From an uncultured Deinococcaceae bacterium (GTDB taxonomy: Bacteria > Deinococcota > Deinococci > Deinococcales > Deinococcaceae): a stretch of DNA of 35,422 bases. The translations under genes and the position numbers were made by a program. This document shows positions 19,872 through 29,096 of this stretch, piece by piece; position 1 is the stretch's first letter, and every line of letters begins with the position of its first letter. The notes under the pieces were generated by a model that saw only the letters and a program-made list of their open reading frames with translations, searched no databases and was not told the origin of the DNA. The stretch spans positions 1 through 35,422 of the forward strand of contig CAXULY010000048.1 in the NCBI GenBank assembly GCA_964252075.1. Reading direction: 5' to 3'.

Positions 19872-20183
19872 TCAAGGGCGCACGACGGTGATGTTGCCAC
19901 TCTTGAATGCTACGGCGGCGTGCGGCCCAAAATGCGCCCAGAACTCCGTCGCCGCCTGACCGGGCACGTCGAAGCGCAGGTACAGCCGCCCGTGCGCCGT
20001 GTCCTTCACCCCCCGGTTGCTTTCGACGTGCGTGAGGGTCGCGTTCGGGTACTGCGCCTGGAACTCCGGACTGGCGTGCAGGGCCTTCAACGCCCCCTCC
20101 AGCAACAGCTGCTCCTGAGGGTCGAGCTGGGTGCCCCCCTCGCTTCCGTCTGCATTGATGACGCTGATGCTCGGCTCACTCAC
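19872..20183 (-). CDS. Hypothetical protein, 103 aa (MSEPSISVINADG...)
   Basis: GGAG RBS; GTGAGTGA overlap with the HNH gene stop. Confidence 0.7.
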   Translation of the reverse strand: MSEPSISVINADGSEGGTQLDPQEQLLLEGALKALHASPEFQAQYPNATLTHVESNRGVKDTAHGRLYLRFDVPGQAATEFWAHFGPHAAVAFKSGNITVVRP

Positions 20184-20817
20184 AGGCGACTCCATCATGA
20201 TCGCGGTCCAGGCCCGCGCGGTAACCAGGGTCCCCGATGTGCAGGGGCGCGACGCCCGCGGCCCTCGCCGCACTGCAGTTGGGGTAGGAGACGCTGGACG
20301 GTGCGGGAGCAGGACGGGCACTTGGTGTGGGCGTCGGGCGGGCGCTTATTGGAGGGCTGCCACTCGCCGTTCCAGGCAGGGGACCAACATACTTTTGGTA
20401 CGCCGCCACCCAGTCCGTTGCGATGGCGTGTTGCGCGACCTGGAGCTCCAGCTGCCCCGCGCACACCAGGCTGTGCAGCTTGTTCTCCAAGCGGTCTTTG
20501 ACCCGCGCACCCAGCGGCATGTCGTACTTCTCCGGGAAGAGGTTGCGAATGGAGTTGCTGCCCCCGAGTTCCAGGCTGATCAGGTGGTCGATCTCGTACT
20601 CGGCGGGGCCGTGGCTGGTGATGCCGTACCGCTGGTACACCTGATTCTTGACGCCCTGCGGGACGTGGCGCACCGTCTTGGTATAGCCAGAGACGCAGAT
20701 CACGCTCTTGTCGGTCGTCAGGACATCACCGGGGGTGAGGCGCGGGTCGGGCTTGATGGGCGCTGGAGCCGCCAGGGCGCTGGTGAGGCACAGGACGGGA
20801 AGCAGGAAGCGCAGCAC
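20176..20817 (-). CDS. Secreted HNH endonuclease with C-terminal Excalibur Ca-binding domain
   Basis: Signal peptide (...ALA-A); EYEIDHLISLELGGSNSIRNLFP HNH; Pro-rich linker; YPNCSAARAAG...PGY...LDRDHDGVACE Excalibur. Confidence 0.9.
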   Translation of the reverse strand: MLRFLLPVLCLTSALAAPAPIKPDPRLTPGDVLTTDKSVICVSGYTKTVRHVPQGVKNQVYQRYGITSHGPAEYEIDHLISLELGGSNSIRNLFPEKYDMPLGARVKDRLENKLHSLVCAGQLELQVAQHAIATDWVAAYQKYVGPLPGTASGSPPISARPTPTPSARPAPAPSSVSYPNCSAARAAGVAPLHIGDPGYRAGLDRDHDGVACE

Positions 20818-21043
20818 GCCCCAGTGTCCCATGGAGGGCAGCGAATCATTCGCGGTTGAATGTCGTCCATTGGCTCGATCCCAGCGCTTGGGGCCTCGAA
20901 GACGCCATGCCGGGGGGCATCAGCCCACTCCCCTTTCCGCGCGAGGCAGGACCACAGCGGCGAGCTTGCCCGCCACGGACCCATAAACCACCCACCGCAA
21001 GAATGGAGGTCGGGGGCAGGCGAGGCCCCGCTATCTTGACCAG

Positions 21044-22675
21044 GTGACAGCCCTGAAGCCCGCCCTCATCGCGCTCGCCACCGCCACCCTCCTCACCGCG
21101 TGCGGAGGCGGACCCACCCAACCCACGGCGCCGTTCGACTTCACCCTCTCCACGGACGCGAGCGTCACCTTGACGCCAGGAACGGGCGCCGACCTCAATG
21201 TCACCCTGGATTGCCACGGCAACGACGAGTCCGCCGCCATCGCCTTCGCGGATCTGCCCGTCGGGGTGACGACCTCGACGCCAGGCGTGCCGTGTGGAAC
21301 CACCACGGTCGCGCTCTCGGCTGGGCCGCAGGTCAGCCCAGGGGACTTCACGCCGACACTGACCGCCACCACCAGCCACGTGAGCCACACCGCCTCGTTC
21401 AACCTGCGGGTGCGCCACACCCCCGGCTCCATGGACGCCACCTTCGGCTCGGACGGCGTGGTCACGCTCGCCCCGCCCTTTGGCTTCTCCCTGGCCACCG
21501 CGGTGGTGGTCCAATCTGATGGCAAGGTCGTGGTCGTCGGGTCGAGCGACTCGGCCGGACACGGCGCCGACTTCCTGCTGGCCCGCTACACGACGAGCGG
21601 TGCGCTGGATCCCAGTTTCGGGCAGGGTGGCCTCGTCACGACCGATTTCGCGGGCCAGGATGACCGCGGGCAGGCGGTGGCGCTCCAAGAGGACGGCAAA
21701 CTGGTGGTCGCGGGCCGCACCGTCACGGCCCTCACGAGCGACGGGCAGCCGGACATCGACACCGCCGTCGCCCGCTACACTCCCGATGGCACGCTCGACC
21801 CCACCTTCGGCACGGGCGGGAAGACCGTCACCCCCATGAGCCCGCTCCGGGACGAGGCCCATGCGGTGGCGGTCCGCGCCGACGGGAAGATCATGGTCGC
21901 CGGGAGCCGCACGAGTGGCGCGGCCTCATCCGCCAATGACGACTTCGCGCTCGAGCGGCTCAACCCCGACGGTCGCCTGGACACGTCGTTCGGGCAGGGC
22001 GGTCAGGTCACCACGGATTTCGAAGGCCTGAGTGACGTCGCGAACGCACTCGTGCTGGTCGGTGACCAGGCCGTCCTGGGCGGGTTCGCCCAGGTCCCCA
22101 ACCAGAACGGTGACCGCTACCGGTTCGCGCTTGCGCGGTACGACGAGGACGGGGCGCCCGACGCTTCCTTCGGCGCGGGTGGGTCGGTCACGACGGTGGT
22201 CGGCGTCGGGCAAAGCAGCGTGCAGGCGATGCTCGCGCAGCCCGACGGGAAGATCGTGGTGGCGGGCGGTGCGGTGTGGCCGAGTCAGGCCAATCCGGCC
22301 CTCACCTCGGCGGGCTTCGCCCTCGCGCGGTACACGCTGGACGGCACCCTCGACCCGGCCTTCAACGGCGGGCAGCCCGCCCTGACCGACGTCCGCAGGA
22401 GGGGCGGGACCGCCTACGGCGTCGTGCGGCAACCCGACGGCAAGATCGTTGCGGCGGGCACCGGCGCCGATGTCATCGCGCTGACCCGCTTTGGCCCGGA
22501 CGGCACGCTGGACGCACCGTATGGAGAGGCAGGCACGGTGCTCGTGCCGAACCGCCAGGACACCCTCGACACCGTGGCTGGGGTGGCGTTGGATGGGGAC
22601 GGGAAGGCCGTGGTGGTCGCAAACCGGTACGAGGGCGGCTCGTCACACGTCGTTCTGGAGCGGTTCTGGCCTTAA
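21044..22675 (+). CDS. Lipoprotein with delta-60 repeats (beta-propeller)
   Basis: Lipobox LTAC; about 7 repeats of QxDGKhVVAG...LARYxxDGxLDxxFGxGG; TATCTT-N6-GTG leaderless start. Confidence 0.9.
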   Translation: MTALKPALIALATATLLTACGGGPTQPTAPFDFTLSTDASVTLTPGTGADLNVTLDCHGNDESAAIAFADLPVGVTTSTPGVPCGTTTVALSAGPQVSPGDFTPTLTATTSHVSHTASFNLRVRHTPGSMDATFGSDGVVTLAPPFGFSLATAVVVQSDGKVVVVGSSDSAGHGADFLLARYTTSGALDPSFGQGGLVTTDFAGQDDRGQAVALQEDGKLVVAGRTVTALTSDGQPDIDTAVARYTPDGTLDPTFGTGGKTVTPMSPLRDEAHAVAVRADGKIMVAGSRTSGAASSANDDFALERLNPDGRLDTSFGQGGQVTTDFEGLSDVANALVLVGDQAVLGGFAQVPNQNGDRYRFALARYDEDGAPDASFGAGGSVTTVVGVGQSSVQAMLAQPDGKIVVAGGAVWPSQANPALTSAGFALARYTLDGTLDPAFNGGQPALTDVRRRGGTAYGVVRQPDGKIVAAGTGADVIALTRFGPDGTLDAPYGEAGTVLVPNRQDTLDTVAGVALDGDGKAVVVANRYEGGSSHVVLERFWP

Positions 22676-22820
22676 CGCCTTCGTTCTGCCATTGAAGCAC
22701 TGGACCTCGCCCGATCGCAGGGCGCTCGTTTGGGCCAGGATACACACCCCGCCATCTGAACCGCGGGCAGGCTGGGAAGGTGCCTGTGGTACGGTGGGCG
22801 CAAAAGGAGGTGGTGTCCCC

Positions 22821-22880
22821 ATGAAGAAACACAACCGCTGCCCGACACGCGCGGACACCGCCTCGCTCAGGACCCGCTGA
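22821..22880 (+). promoter_or_regulatory. Candidate 19-aa leader peptide (MKKHNRCPTRADTASLRTR) within a structured 5' leader
   Basis: Strong AAGGAGGTG SD; SD region 22807-22818 is complementary to 22853-22864; TACGGT -10-like hexamer upstream. Confidence 0.45.
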
Positions 22881-22976
22881 CCCACCGCGGCTGAAGGGGG
22901 AGTTGGCCCGCGACGACTCGCACGTCCGGCCCAGAGGACGCTGGCACAGGCGTCCTCCCCTTCCAAGGAGCCCCCC

Positions 22977-23801
22977 ATGCTTCCCGCTGAAACCCTGCTG
23001 GTCCCCCTGCTCCCCCTCCTGCACGCCGACCCCCGCATCAAAGCCGCCTGGCTCGAAGGCAGCCTGGGCCGCCAACAGGCCGACCGCCACTCCGACCTGG
23101 ACCTCCACCTCTGGCTTGATCCTGCCGACCACCCCGCGTTCCTGCGTGACCTCGATGATTGGCTCGGCTGTCTCGGCGAGGTGGTGTCCATCCAGCGGTT
23201 GCCCGGCGGGTTCATGACGGTCGCCCAGGTCCTCACCGCGCACGACGCCCTGGTGGCGCTGGACGTGTTCCTTGAGCAGCGCCCCACCATCACGCTGGTT
23301 CAAGGCCGAAGTCTGCTGCTGTACGACCGGGATCAGCGGGTTCAGCAGCACGAGGCCGTCCCACCGACGGTGGAAGCGCTGCGGAGCGAGCTGGAGGTGG
23401 CGGTGCGGTACTTCTGGCGGCTGTTCGCCATGCTGCCCACCATCGAACGGGACGCTGTTCTCCCGTCAGTGGCGCGCCTGAGTTACCTGGCCGCTCAACT
23501 CATGCGGGTGTGCAGTTTGGGCCGAGGACGCCTGCCAGACGTCGGGGAGAACCGGGGGCACGAACTCCTGACCCCTGAAGAGCGCCAGGCGCTGGAAGCC
23601 GCACTGACGGTCCCCGTGCTGTCGAAGCAGGCGCTGGTGGACGCCCACGACCGCCTGGCGGACCTGATGCGCTGGAAGGGTCGGGACGCCGCCCAGCGAT
23701 TGGGGGCCGTGTATCCAGAGCGCCAGGAGGAGGTGGTGCTCACGCAGGTCCGCCGCGAGGTCGAAGCGCTGGGCCTGCGGATGCGCAGCGGCGGACAGTA
23801 A
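22977..23801 (+). CDS. Pol-beta superfamily nucleotidyltransferase (aminoglycoside/lincosamide adenylyltransferase-like architecture)
   Basis: WLEGSLGR...SDLDL (GS + DxD), third Asp in LDVFL, helical C-terminal domain; AAGGAG RBS. Confidence 0.8.
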   Translation: MLPAETLLVPLLPLLHADPRIKAAWLEGSLGRQQADRHSDLDLHLWLDPADHPAFLRDLDDWLGCLGEVVSIQRLPGGFMTVAQVLTAHDALVALDVFLEQRPTITLVQGRSLLLYDRDQRVQQHEAVPPTVEALRSELEVAVRYFWRLFAMLPTIERDAVLPSVARLSYLAAQLMRVCSLGRGRLPDVGENRGHELLTPEERQALEAALTVPVLSKQALVDAHDRLADLMRWKGRDAAQRLGAVYPERQEEVVLTQVRREVEALGLRMRSGGQ

Positions 23802-23845
23802 GGGGTGAGGCGGTGGGAATCGGGCATTCCCACCGCCTCACCCCT
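23801..23845. terminator. Perfect 20-bp inverted repeat, probable terminator between convergent genes
   Basis: AGGGGTGAGGCGGTGGGAAT-CGGGC-ATTCCCACCGCCTCACCCCT immediately after the TAA stop. Confidence 0.75.
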
Positions 23846-24010
23846 GTGTTCATGCGCGAAGACACTCAGCGGCAGGTCCAACCTGAGCCCAAAAGGAGCG
23901 TTTCTGGGTACCTTCAAAACAAACAAGTTGAACGACTGCCTTCAGTCCCTCACAGCCAGCGACGCCACACGGCGTGGAGGCACCGACCGCCTCCCCACGT
24001 ACCATCTGGC

Positions 24011-24364
24011 TCACCGGATGCGCTTCCCCTTCGGCTTTCTCAGTCCGGTGCGGGTTCGAGCAACTATCATGCTCGCGGCATGGACGGCACGGGTGACGCC
24101 CACCTCCTCGCGAATGGACACCAGCAGCCGCTCCAGCACCTCGGGGTCCGTGCGTCGGTCCAACACAAAGGCCACGGCCGCCCGGATGGCTTGGCCCTCG
24201 CTGACCACTTGTCCACCTGCGGCCCGTTCCAAGGACGCCAGCAGATCGTCCAGGGCGCCCTGTAGCATCTCGGGGGCTTGGAAAACCTTTCGGCGGCTGA
24301 GGCGCCCTGCCTGTGGATTGAAGGCGGTCGTGGACGAAGCACTCGAACCGTCGTTTTCGGTCAT
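24011..24364 (-). CDS. Hypothetical protein, 117 aa, basic C-terminus (possibly DNA-binding)
   Basis: Coding-like codon use; AT-rich promoter-like region (TGGATAAT on minus strand) near 24437-24445. Confidence 0.55.
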   Translation of the reverse strand: MTENDGSSASSTTAFNPQAGRLSRRKVFQAPEMLQGALDDLLASLERAAGGQVVSEGQAIRAAVAFVLDRRTDPEVLERLLVSIREEVGVTRAVHAASMIVARTRTGLRKPKGKRIR

Positions 24365-24499
24365 GTGGGCCTGCTTTCTGCTGGGAGCGCCATCGCGGGG
24401 GTCCCGGCAGTCACATATAAGCCATAGTCCTAGGCCATTATCCAGAACATAGACCTACGTTCATGGACGTGCCCGAGCCTTCTGGGTGCGCGTTGGCAA

Positions 24500-24835
24500 T
24501 TAGCTCGGCGGCAGCCTTTCGACCTCGCTTCGGATACCCCGCAGCAGCGCTCGGATGTACTGCATGGCGCGCTCGTCCGGAAAATCCCCGTAGTGCCGCC
24601 AACGTCGCTGCTCGAAGAACAGCGAAGACCTCAGGACATCCAAGTCCGTGGGCAACTGACCGGTCTCCGCGAAGGTCTGGGCGACCTCGTTGGCCACGTC
24701 GCCGCAGGACGGCGTGCCCGGCCAACGGTCGTAGCCGTTGTACGTCAAGGCAAATGTCTCGATAACGTGCCAATCGGTGTCGTCGGAAGGCACATCACCT
24801 GCATGCAGCTCAGCGTTCGGGATCTCTCGTCTCAC
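24500..24835 (-). CDS. Hypothetical protein, 111 aa (FALTYNGY...LRSSLFFEQRRWRHYG)
   Basis: Motif-rich ORF; TAAGCT hexamer upstream. Confidence 0.75.
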   Translation of the reverse strand: MRREIPNAELHAGDVPSDDTDWHVIETFALTYNGYDRWPGTPSCGDVANEVAQTFAETGQLPTDLDVLRSSLFFEQRRWRHYGDFPDERAMQYIRALLRGIRSEVERLPPS

Positions 24836-24942
24836 GGTGCCGCGAGCTTAGCTCAGCCGAGCGCACGCCACGAGAGGGTATTCGCCCGACTGATCAGGCG
24901 ATCAACTGAACGGCGGCCGCCCATCACGTCCGCTTCTGTTCA

Positions 24943-25398
24943 TCAACCGTCGGCGGGCGGCATCTCCGGCGTATAGAGGTCGCAGTCACCCACGTAAACC
25001 CGCTGGCTGCCGCTGTCGATCACCCGGTCGTCGGCGTCATAAAAGTCGTAGGTGAACGTCACGTACTGGCGCTTGGGGAGGCGTGCACAGACCTGCACAG
25101 GGTAGTCCATGTACGCCGTGTCGACTGGCAGCTCCTCGGCTTGCTTGATGACCAAAGGCAAGTTCACCGAAAATGGGTTGTTGATGCGCGCACGTCGCAC
25201 CAGGGGCGCCTTGTCCGGCTGCGGCTGCGCCCAGAACTTCACGATCTCGTAGTCAATGGTGGTGTTACCTCGGTTGGGCGTCACGCCAAGGTAGATCACC
25301 TGCGGCGAGGCGGCGCTCAGGTTGCCCGAGCAGGCGGTGAGGGCGAGCGTGACGGCGCAGAGGACGACGTGGACGGCGTGGCGCAGGCGGTTCAGCAT
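24943..25398 (-). CDS. Lipoprotein, 151 aa
   Basis: Signal peptide with lipobox LTAC; beta-rich body. Confidence 0.75.
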   Translation of the reverse strand: MLNRLRHAVHVVLCAVTLALTACSGNLSAASPQVIYLGVTPNRGNTTIDYEIVKFWAQPQPDKAPLVRRARINNPFSVNLPLVIKQAEELPVDTAYMDYPVQVCARLPKRQYVTFTYDFYDADDRVIDSGSQRVYVGDCDLYTPEMPPADG

Positions 25399-25628
25399 GA
25401 CGCCCGACCACTCTAACAACAAGGTGGATTGCCTGACGCCCTCCAAACGTTGACAGAGATTGGTTCTTCACCTGGCGCGCCGACTCCGCACGCCCAATCC
25501 TGACCTCCTCTGCTGGACGGCTCATCATGGTCAGGCGTGGAGCCCAGAGTCGCGGTTCCGTGACGTCCTGGAGGGCGGCCTTCATTAAGCCGACTTCCCA
25601 CTTTTTCCTGCGATGGTCGTCTTAGACT

Positions 25629-28427
25629 GTGATGAGAACTATGGCAAGCCTTCATCCTGAATACGATCAGGAAGCCGCTTTCCTGACCCAGACGTTCGCC
25701 GTGATCGACCAAGCGCTGGACCATCAAGACGAGCACTATTTCGAGGGCGGCGCAAACAACTACACCAACCGAATGCTGAACACCAGCGTGCGCGCCGACG
25801 TACTGGAGCGCCTCCAGGAGTTCGGTCTACGACCGTATTTCGCGAGGGTCGACTTCACGGGCACCCGAGGAGAGCAGACTGTGTACTTCGGTCACGCCCA
25901 CCTGCCGTTCCCCCACGGTCAGGTCCTCGACTGGCGCTGCGACCTGTACAGCCTGTACGTCGGCACGCATGCCAGAGAGCAGCGGTACCTGGTCCAGGCG
26001 ACCGGGGTCACCCACCAGGTGGATTTGCTGCTCAAGCGCCGCCTGGACATCGCTCGGCGGGTGCTCAACGATATTGACGATCTGGTGGACCGCCGCCCAC
26101 TCCGCCCTGTGGTGGCGGCCATCCCCGTCGGCGATGCGGTCACTCCTGACGCGACAATCGAGCCGATCGCCCCTGGACAGGACGCCCCGATCAGTGATCC
26201 CGCCCTGGTGTCTCCGCGCGACGACGCATACTTGATCCGCCAGCTGTACACCCGTGGCGACCCGCAGCTTCAGGACATCGTCGAGACCATCCAAGTGCAG
26301 CAGGATGAAATCATCCGGGCACCCCTGGACACGCTGCTGCTGTTGCATGGCGTGGCAGGCAGCGGCAAAACGTCCATCGCCTACCACCGCTTGGCTTATC
26401 TGCTGTACCCGGAACACGGGTACCACCTCTCCCCCAAGGACCTGCTGGTTATTGGCCCCAACCAAACGTTTTTGGGTTACGTTCGCGACTTGCTGCCGTC
26501 ACTGGGCGTCACCGGTATCCGGCAGCGTACGTTCCACGAGTGGGCGTGGTCGCGGATGCACGCTCGCAACCGGTCGCTGCCTTTCCGTGTCGAGTTCATT
26601 GACGGGGTGGAACAGGCGCTACACAATCCTCAGATTTCACTGGATGCGCGCAGCAGACTCTGGCTGGCTGCGAAGCTTAAGGGCGATCTGCGGTTCGAGC
26701 AGCTCCTGGCCCGTTACGCGGCTTGGCTGCGCGATCGAACCACACTGCCCACGGATGACATCGCTGTCCAACAGTCGCTGGAGGGAGAGGAGAAGACCTT
26801 CACCCTTACGCAGAGTGATTACCAAGCTGCCTGGGCGGTGGCGCAGGGCGAGCCTACTCTGGACGCACAGCGTCAGCGCTTCGTTGAGGAACTGGCGCGA
26901 CGCCCTGGGGAGTGGTTTCGGCTGCTGTACGGGCCGCCCGAGCGCCGGGGCGACCAGCCGTTCATTGCCCGGCTCGTCCGCGACGTTCGCAAGCGGCTGG
27001 CAGCCGTCTGGCGCAGGCCCAACCTGCTGCGCCTCTACACCGAGCTGTTTGAGCCCATCCGGCTGGCCGAGATCGCCGCCGATCTGTACACCGAGGAGGA
27101 ACAAGGCGTGCTGGTTGGGACCGCCCCGCAGCCGCCGCAGAAGGTCACGGCAGAGGCTTCGGACGACCTGGAAAAAGCGGAAGCGGAGCCCGTCGTGCGA
27201 CCGCGCCGCACCACGGTAGACCTGTCCGACATCGCCGGACTGTTTCTGTTGAATGCCCATATCATCGGCAACGGACCGGCCTCCTTCCGGCACCTCGTTG
27301 TGGACGAAGCGCAGGACTTCTCACCGCTGCAGATGAAACTCCTCTTCGCCGCTTGCCCCAGCGGCTCCATGACCATCGTCGGCGACACCGCTCAAAGCAT
27401 CCACGCCTACCGGGGCATTGACGACTGGGAGGACCTGCACGATGTTCTGCCCCAGACGCAGGTCCGCCGCGAGCGGATCACCCAAAACTACCGCAGCACC
27501 CGTGAAATCGTGGCTTTCGGCAACGCGCTGCAACACGCCATCCGCGGCGAGCGTGCGCTGCCTTCCGAGGCGATCAATCGGACTGGACCATCCCCCCGCC
27601 TGGTCCAGCTGATTTCGCACGAAAGCCTGCTGGCGGCTTTGGCGCAGGCCGTACATGAGGCGCGGAATGCGGGCTTCGATGGCATTGCCATCATCGCATC
27701 GGACGGTGCCCACGCGGTTCAGCTGGGAGCCGCTCTTGGCGCCCGAGGAATCGAGCATCAACTCATTCAGAGCGACGCCGAAGCCACGCCCGACAAGCTG
27801 GGCGGCACGGTCGTGCTGCCCGCCGCCTTAACCAAGGGTCTGGAGTTCCAGATGGTGCTGCTCGCGGATGCGAGTGAGGAGCGCTACCCAACCCACGATC
27901 CCTATGCCGGACAGCTGCTGTACGTCGCGGTGTCTAGGGCCCTCCATGTGCTTCAGGTCTTCAGTGTTGGCGCCTGGACACGCTGGTTGACAGCGGCGGA
28001 AACGGGGAGCGACACGATCAGGGAATCCGAGCAGGCACTGACTCAGGACAACATCGCGCTCGTCCGAAAGCAGATCGGGCATTCCTTGCGTCAGGCAGCG
28101 AAGACCATCCGGCGAGAGCGCGTCCCCATCCGGCAGGTCCTGCCCCAGCTTTCAACTCGGGTCGATCAACTGTACGCCACGGGATCAGTGGGTGAAATTC
28201 TGGCGGCCTACCAGATCATCGGCCAATTCGGTCGGTATTCGGTCAACGACCTGCTTTTGCGTCTCTTGGCGGTCGGCGATCGCGCGAACTTTCTGAAGCA
28301 GGCGCTGGCTTTCGGCGCCCCCGCTCTCTTGCAAGATGACATCGAGGACACGCTGGCCTGGTACGAGTCCAGCGGACAGCACGACGCCCAAGCCTGGAGA
28401 AGTAAGTTTGCAGAGTTGCTTCAGTAG
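25629..28427 (+). CDS. helD: HelD-family (UvrD-like SF1) helicase/RNAP-recycling ATPase with C-terminal extension
   Basis: PYFARVDF, LDWR, DIVETIQ-x-QQDEIIR, GVAGSGKTSIAYHRLAYLLY, GPN...LPSLG, VVDEAQD, VGDTAQ, NYRST, KGLEF, LYVAVSRA. Start could be 25629, 25632 or 25641. Confidence 0.88.
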   Translation: MMRTMASLHPEYDQEAAFLTQTFAVIDQALDHQDEHYFEGGANNYTNRMLNTSVRADVLERLQEFGLRPYFARVDFTGTRGEQTVYFGHAHLPFPHGQVLDWRCDLYSLYVGTHAREQRYLVQATGVTHQVDLLLKRRLDIARRVLNDIDDLVDRRPLRPVVAAIPVGDAVTPDATIEPIAPGQDAPISDPALVSPRDDAYLIRQLYTRGDPQLQDIVETIQVQQDEIIRAPLDTLLLLHGVAGSGKTSIAYHRLAYLLYPEHGYHLSPKDLLVIGPNQTFLGYVRDLLPSLGVTGIRQRTFHEWAWSRMHARNRSLPFRVEFIDGVEQALHNPQISLDARSRLWLAAKLKGDLRFEQLLARYAAWLRDRTTLPTDDIAVQQSLEGEEKTFTLTQSDYQAAWAVAQGEPTLDAQRQRFVEELARRPGEWFRLLYGPPERRGDQPFIARLVRDVRKRLAAVWRRPNLLRLYTELFEPIRLAEIAADLYTEEEQGVLVGTAPQPPQKVTAEASDDLEKAEAEPVVRPRRTTVDLSDIAGLFLLNAHIIGNGPASFRHLVVDEAQDFSPLQMKLLFAACPSGSMTIVGDTAQSIHAYRGIDDWEDLHDVLPQTQVRRERITQNYRSTREIVAFGNALQHAIRGERALPSEAINRTGPSPRLVQLISHESLLAALAQAVHEARNAGFDGIAIIASDGAHAVQLGAALGARGIEHQLIQSDAEATPDKLGGTVVLPAALTKGLEFQMVLLADASEERYPTHDPYAGQLLYVAVSRALHVLQVFSVGAWTRWLTAAETGSDTIRESEQALTQDNIALVRKQIGHSLRQAAKTIRRERVPIRQVLPQLSTRVDQLYATGSVGEILAAYQIIGQFGRYSVNDLLLRLLAVGDRANFLKQALAFGAPALLQDDIEDTLAWYESSGQHDAQAWRSKFAELLQ

Positions 28428-28722
28428 TTGTGTTCCGACAAGGACCACGAAAAGCAATGGAAAGGTAGCTTTTCGATCAAATCCGCAACCTGCCATCATG
28501 AGGCGTGGGCGGTATCGGATGCCTGCGCACCTCCCAGGCGCGCAGGCTTCGCTGAGTCAGAGGTTCTGAATGCGGCTGACTTGACCAAACCTGGACGGTT
28601 TAAACCCAACCCCGATCAGCGGCTGCACCTGCTCAGGCACCAGTGAACCGATTGGCCGTCCGTAACTCAGGGAATCCCACTCCCCGGAGTCCATATCAGG
28701 AGTAGGGCTGTGGTGAGAGCGC

Positions 28723-28986
28723 TCAGTCCGCGGCGTCCTCGTCAAGTTCCTTGAAGTAACCCTTGTCGAGAAGCCTTTGGACATCCAGCTCGCTGTGGTA
28801 CTGCAGCACGGTATTCTGCTGATCGCCGAGCACATATGTCACCTGCAGGACATCCCGCATACTCGTCTCCTTCGGATTGAGCACGTATTCCGTTACGTCA
28901 CTGCGAATCGCATGTGGGCCGTAAGGGCTTCTCCGCACTTCCAGGCACGTAATGCGAACGAGGGTGTAGAAGCTTTGACGCGCCAT
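28723..28986 (-). CDS. Hypothetical protein, ~87 aa (MARQSFYTLV...)
   Basis: Protein-like ORF 110 nt downstream of the TIR gene, same strand. Confidence 0.55.
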   Translation of the reverse strand: MARQSFYTLVRITCLEVRRSPYGPHAIRSDVTEYVLNPKETSMRDVLQVTYVLGDQQNTVLQYHSELDVQRLLDKGYFKELDEDAAD

Positions 28987-29096
28987 ATGCGTAGCTGCTC
29001 GTACTTCCATCGATGACGGAAATGCACCGACGGAATTGGTGGAAGACCCAGGCTAAGGGCACAAACCGACGCCGTCAGCTCAAAGTCAAGCCGTTC

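Noticed and set aside
23932..24331. 15/17 inverted repeat (23932-23948 vs 24315-24331) as a long-range RNA helix or invertible-segment ends
   Set aside because: A match of this quality is expected by chance in a GC-rich window; one arm lies in a coding region; no further supporting structure.
24436..24475. Deinococcus RDRM (DdrO box)-like CTACGTTCATGGACGTG
   Set aside because: Spacer is one base too long and the ends do not match the 17-bp consensus.
25440..25630. Rifamycin-associated element upstream of helD (HelR call)
   Set aside because: No matching 19-bp palindrome seen by eye.
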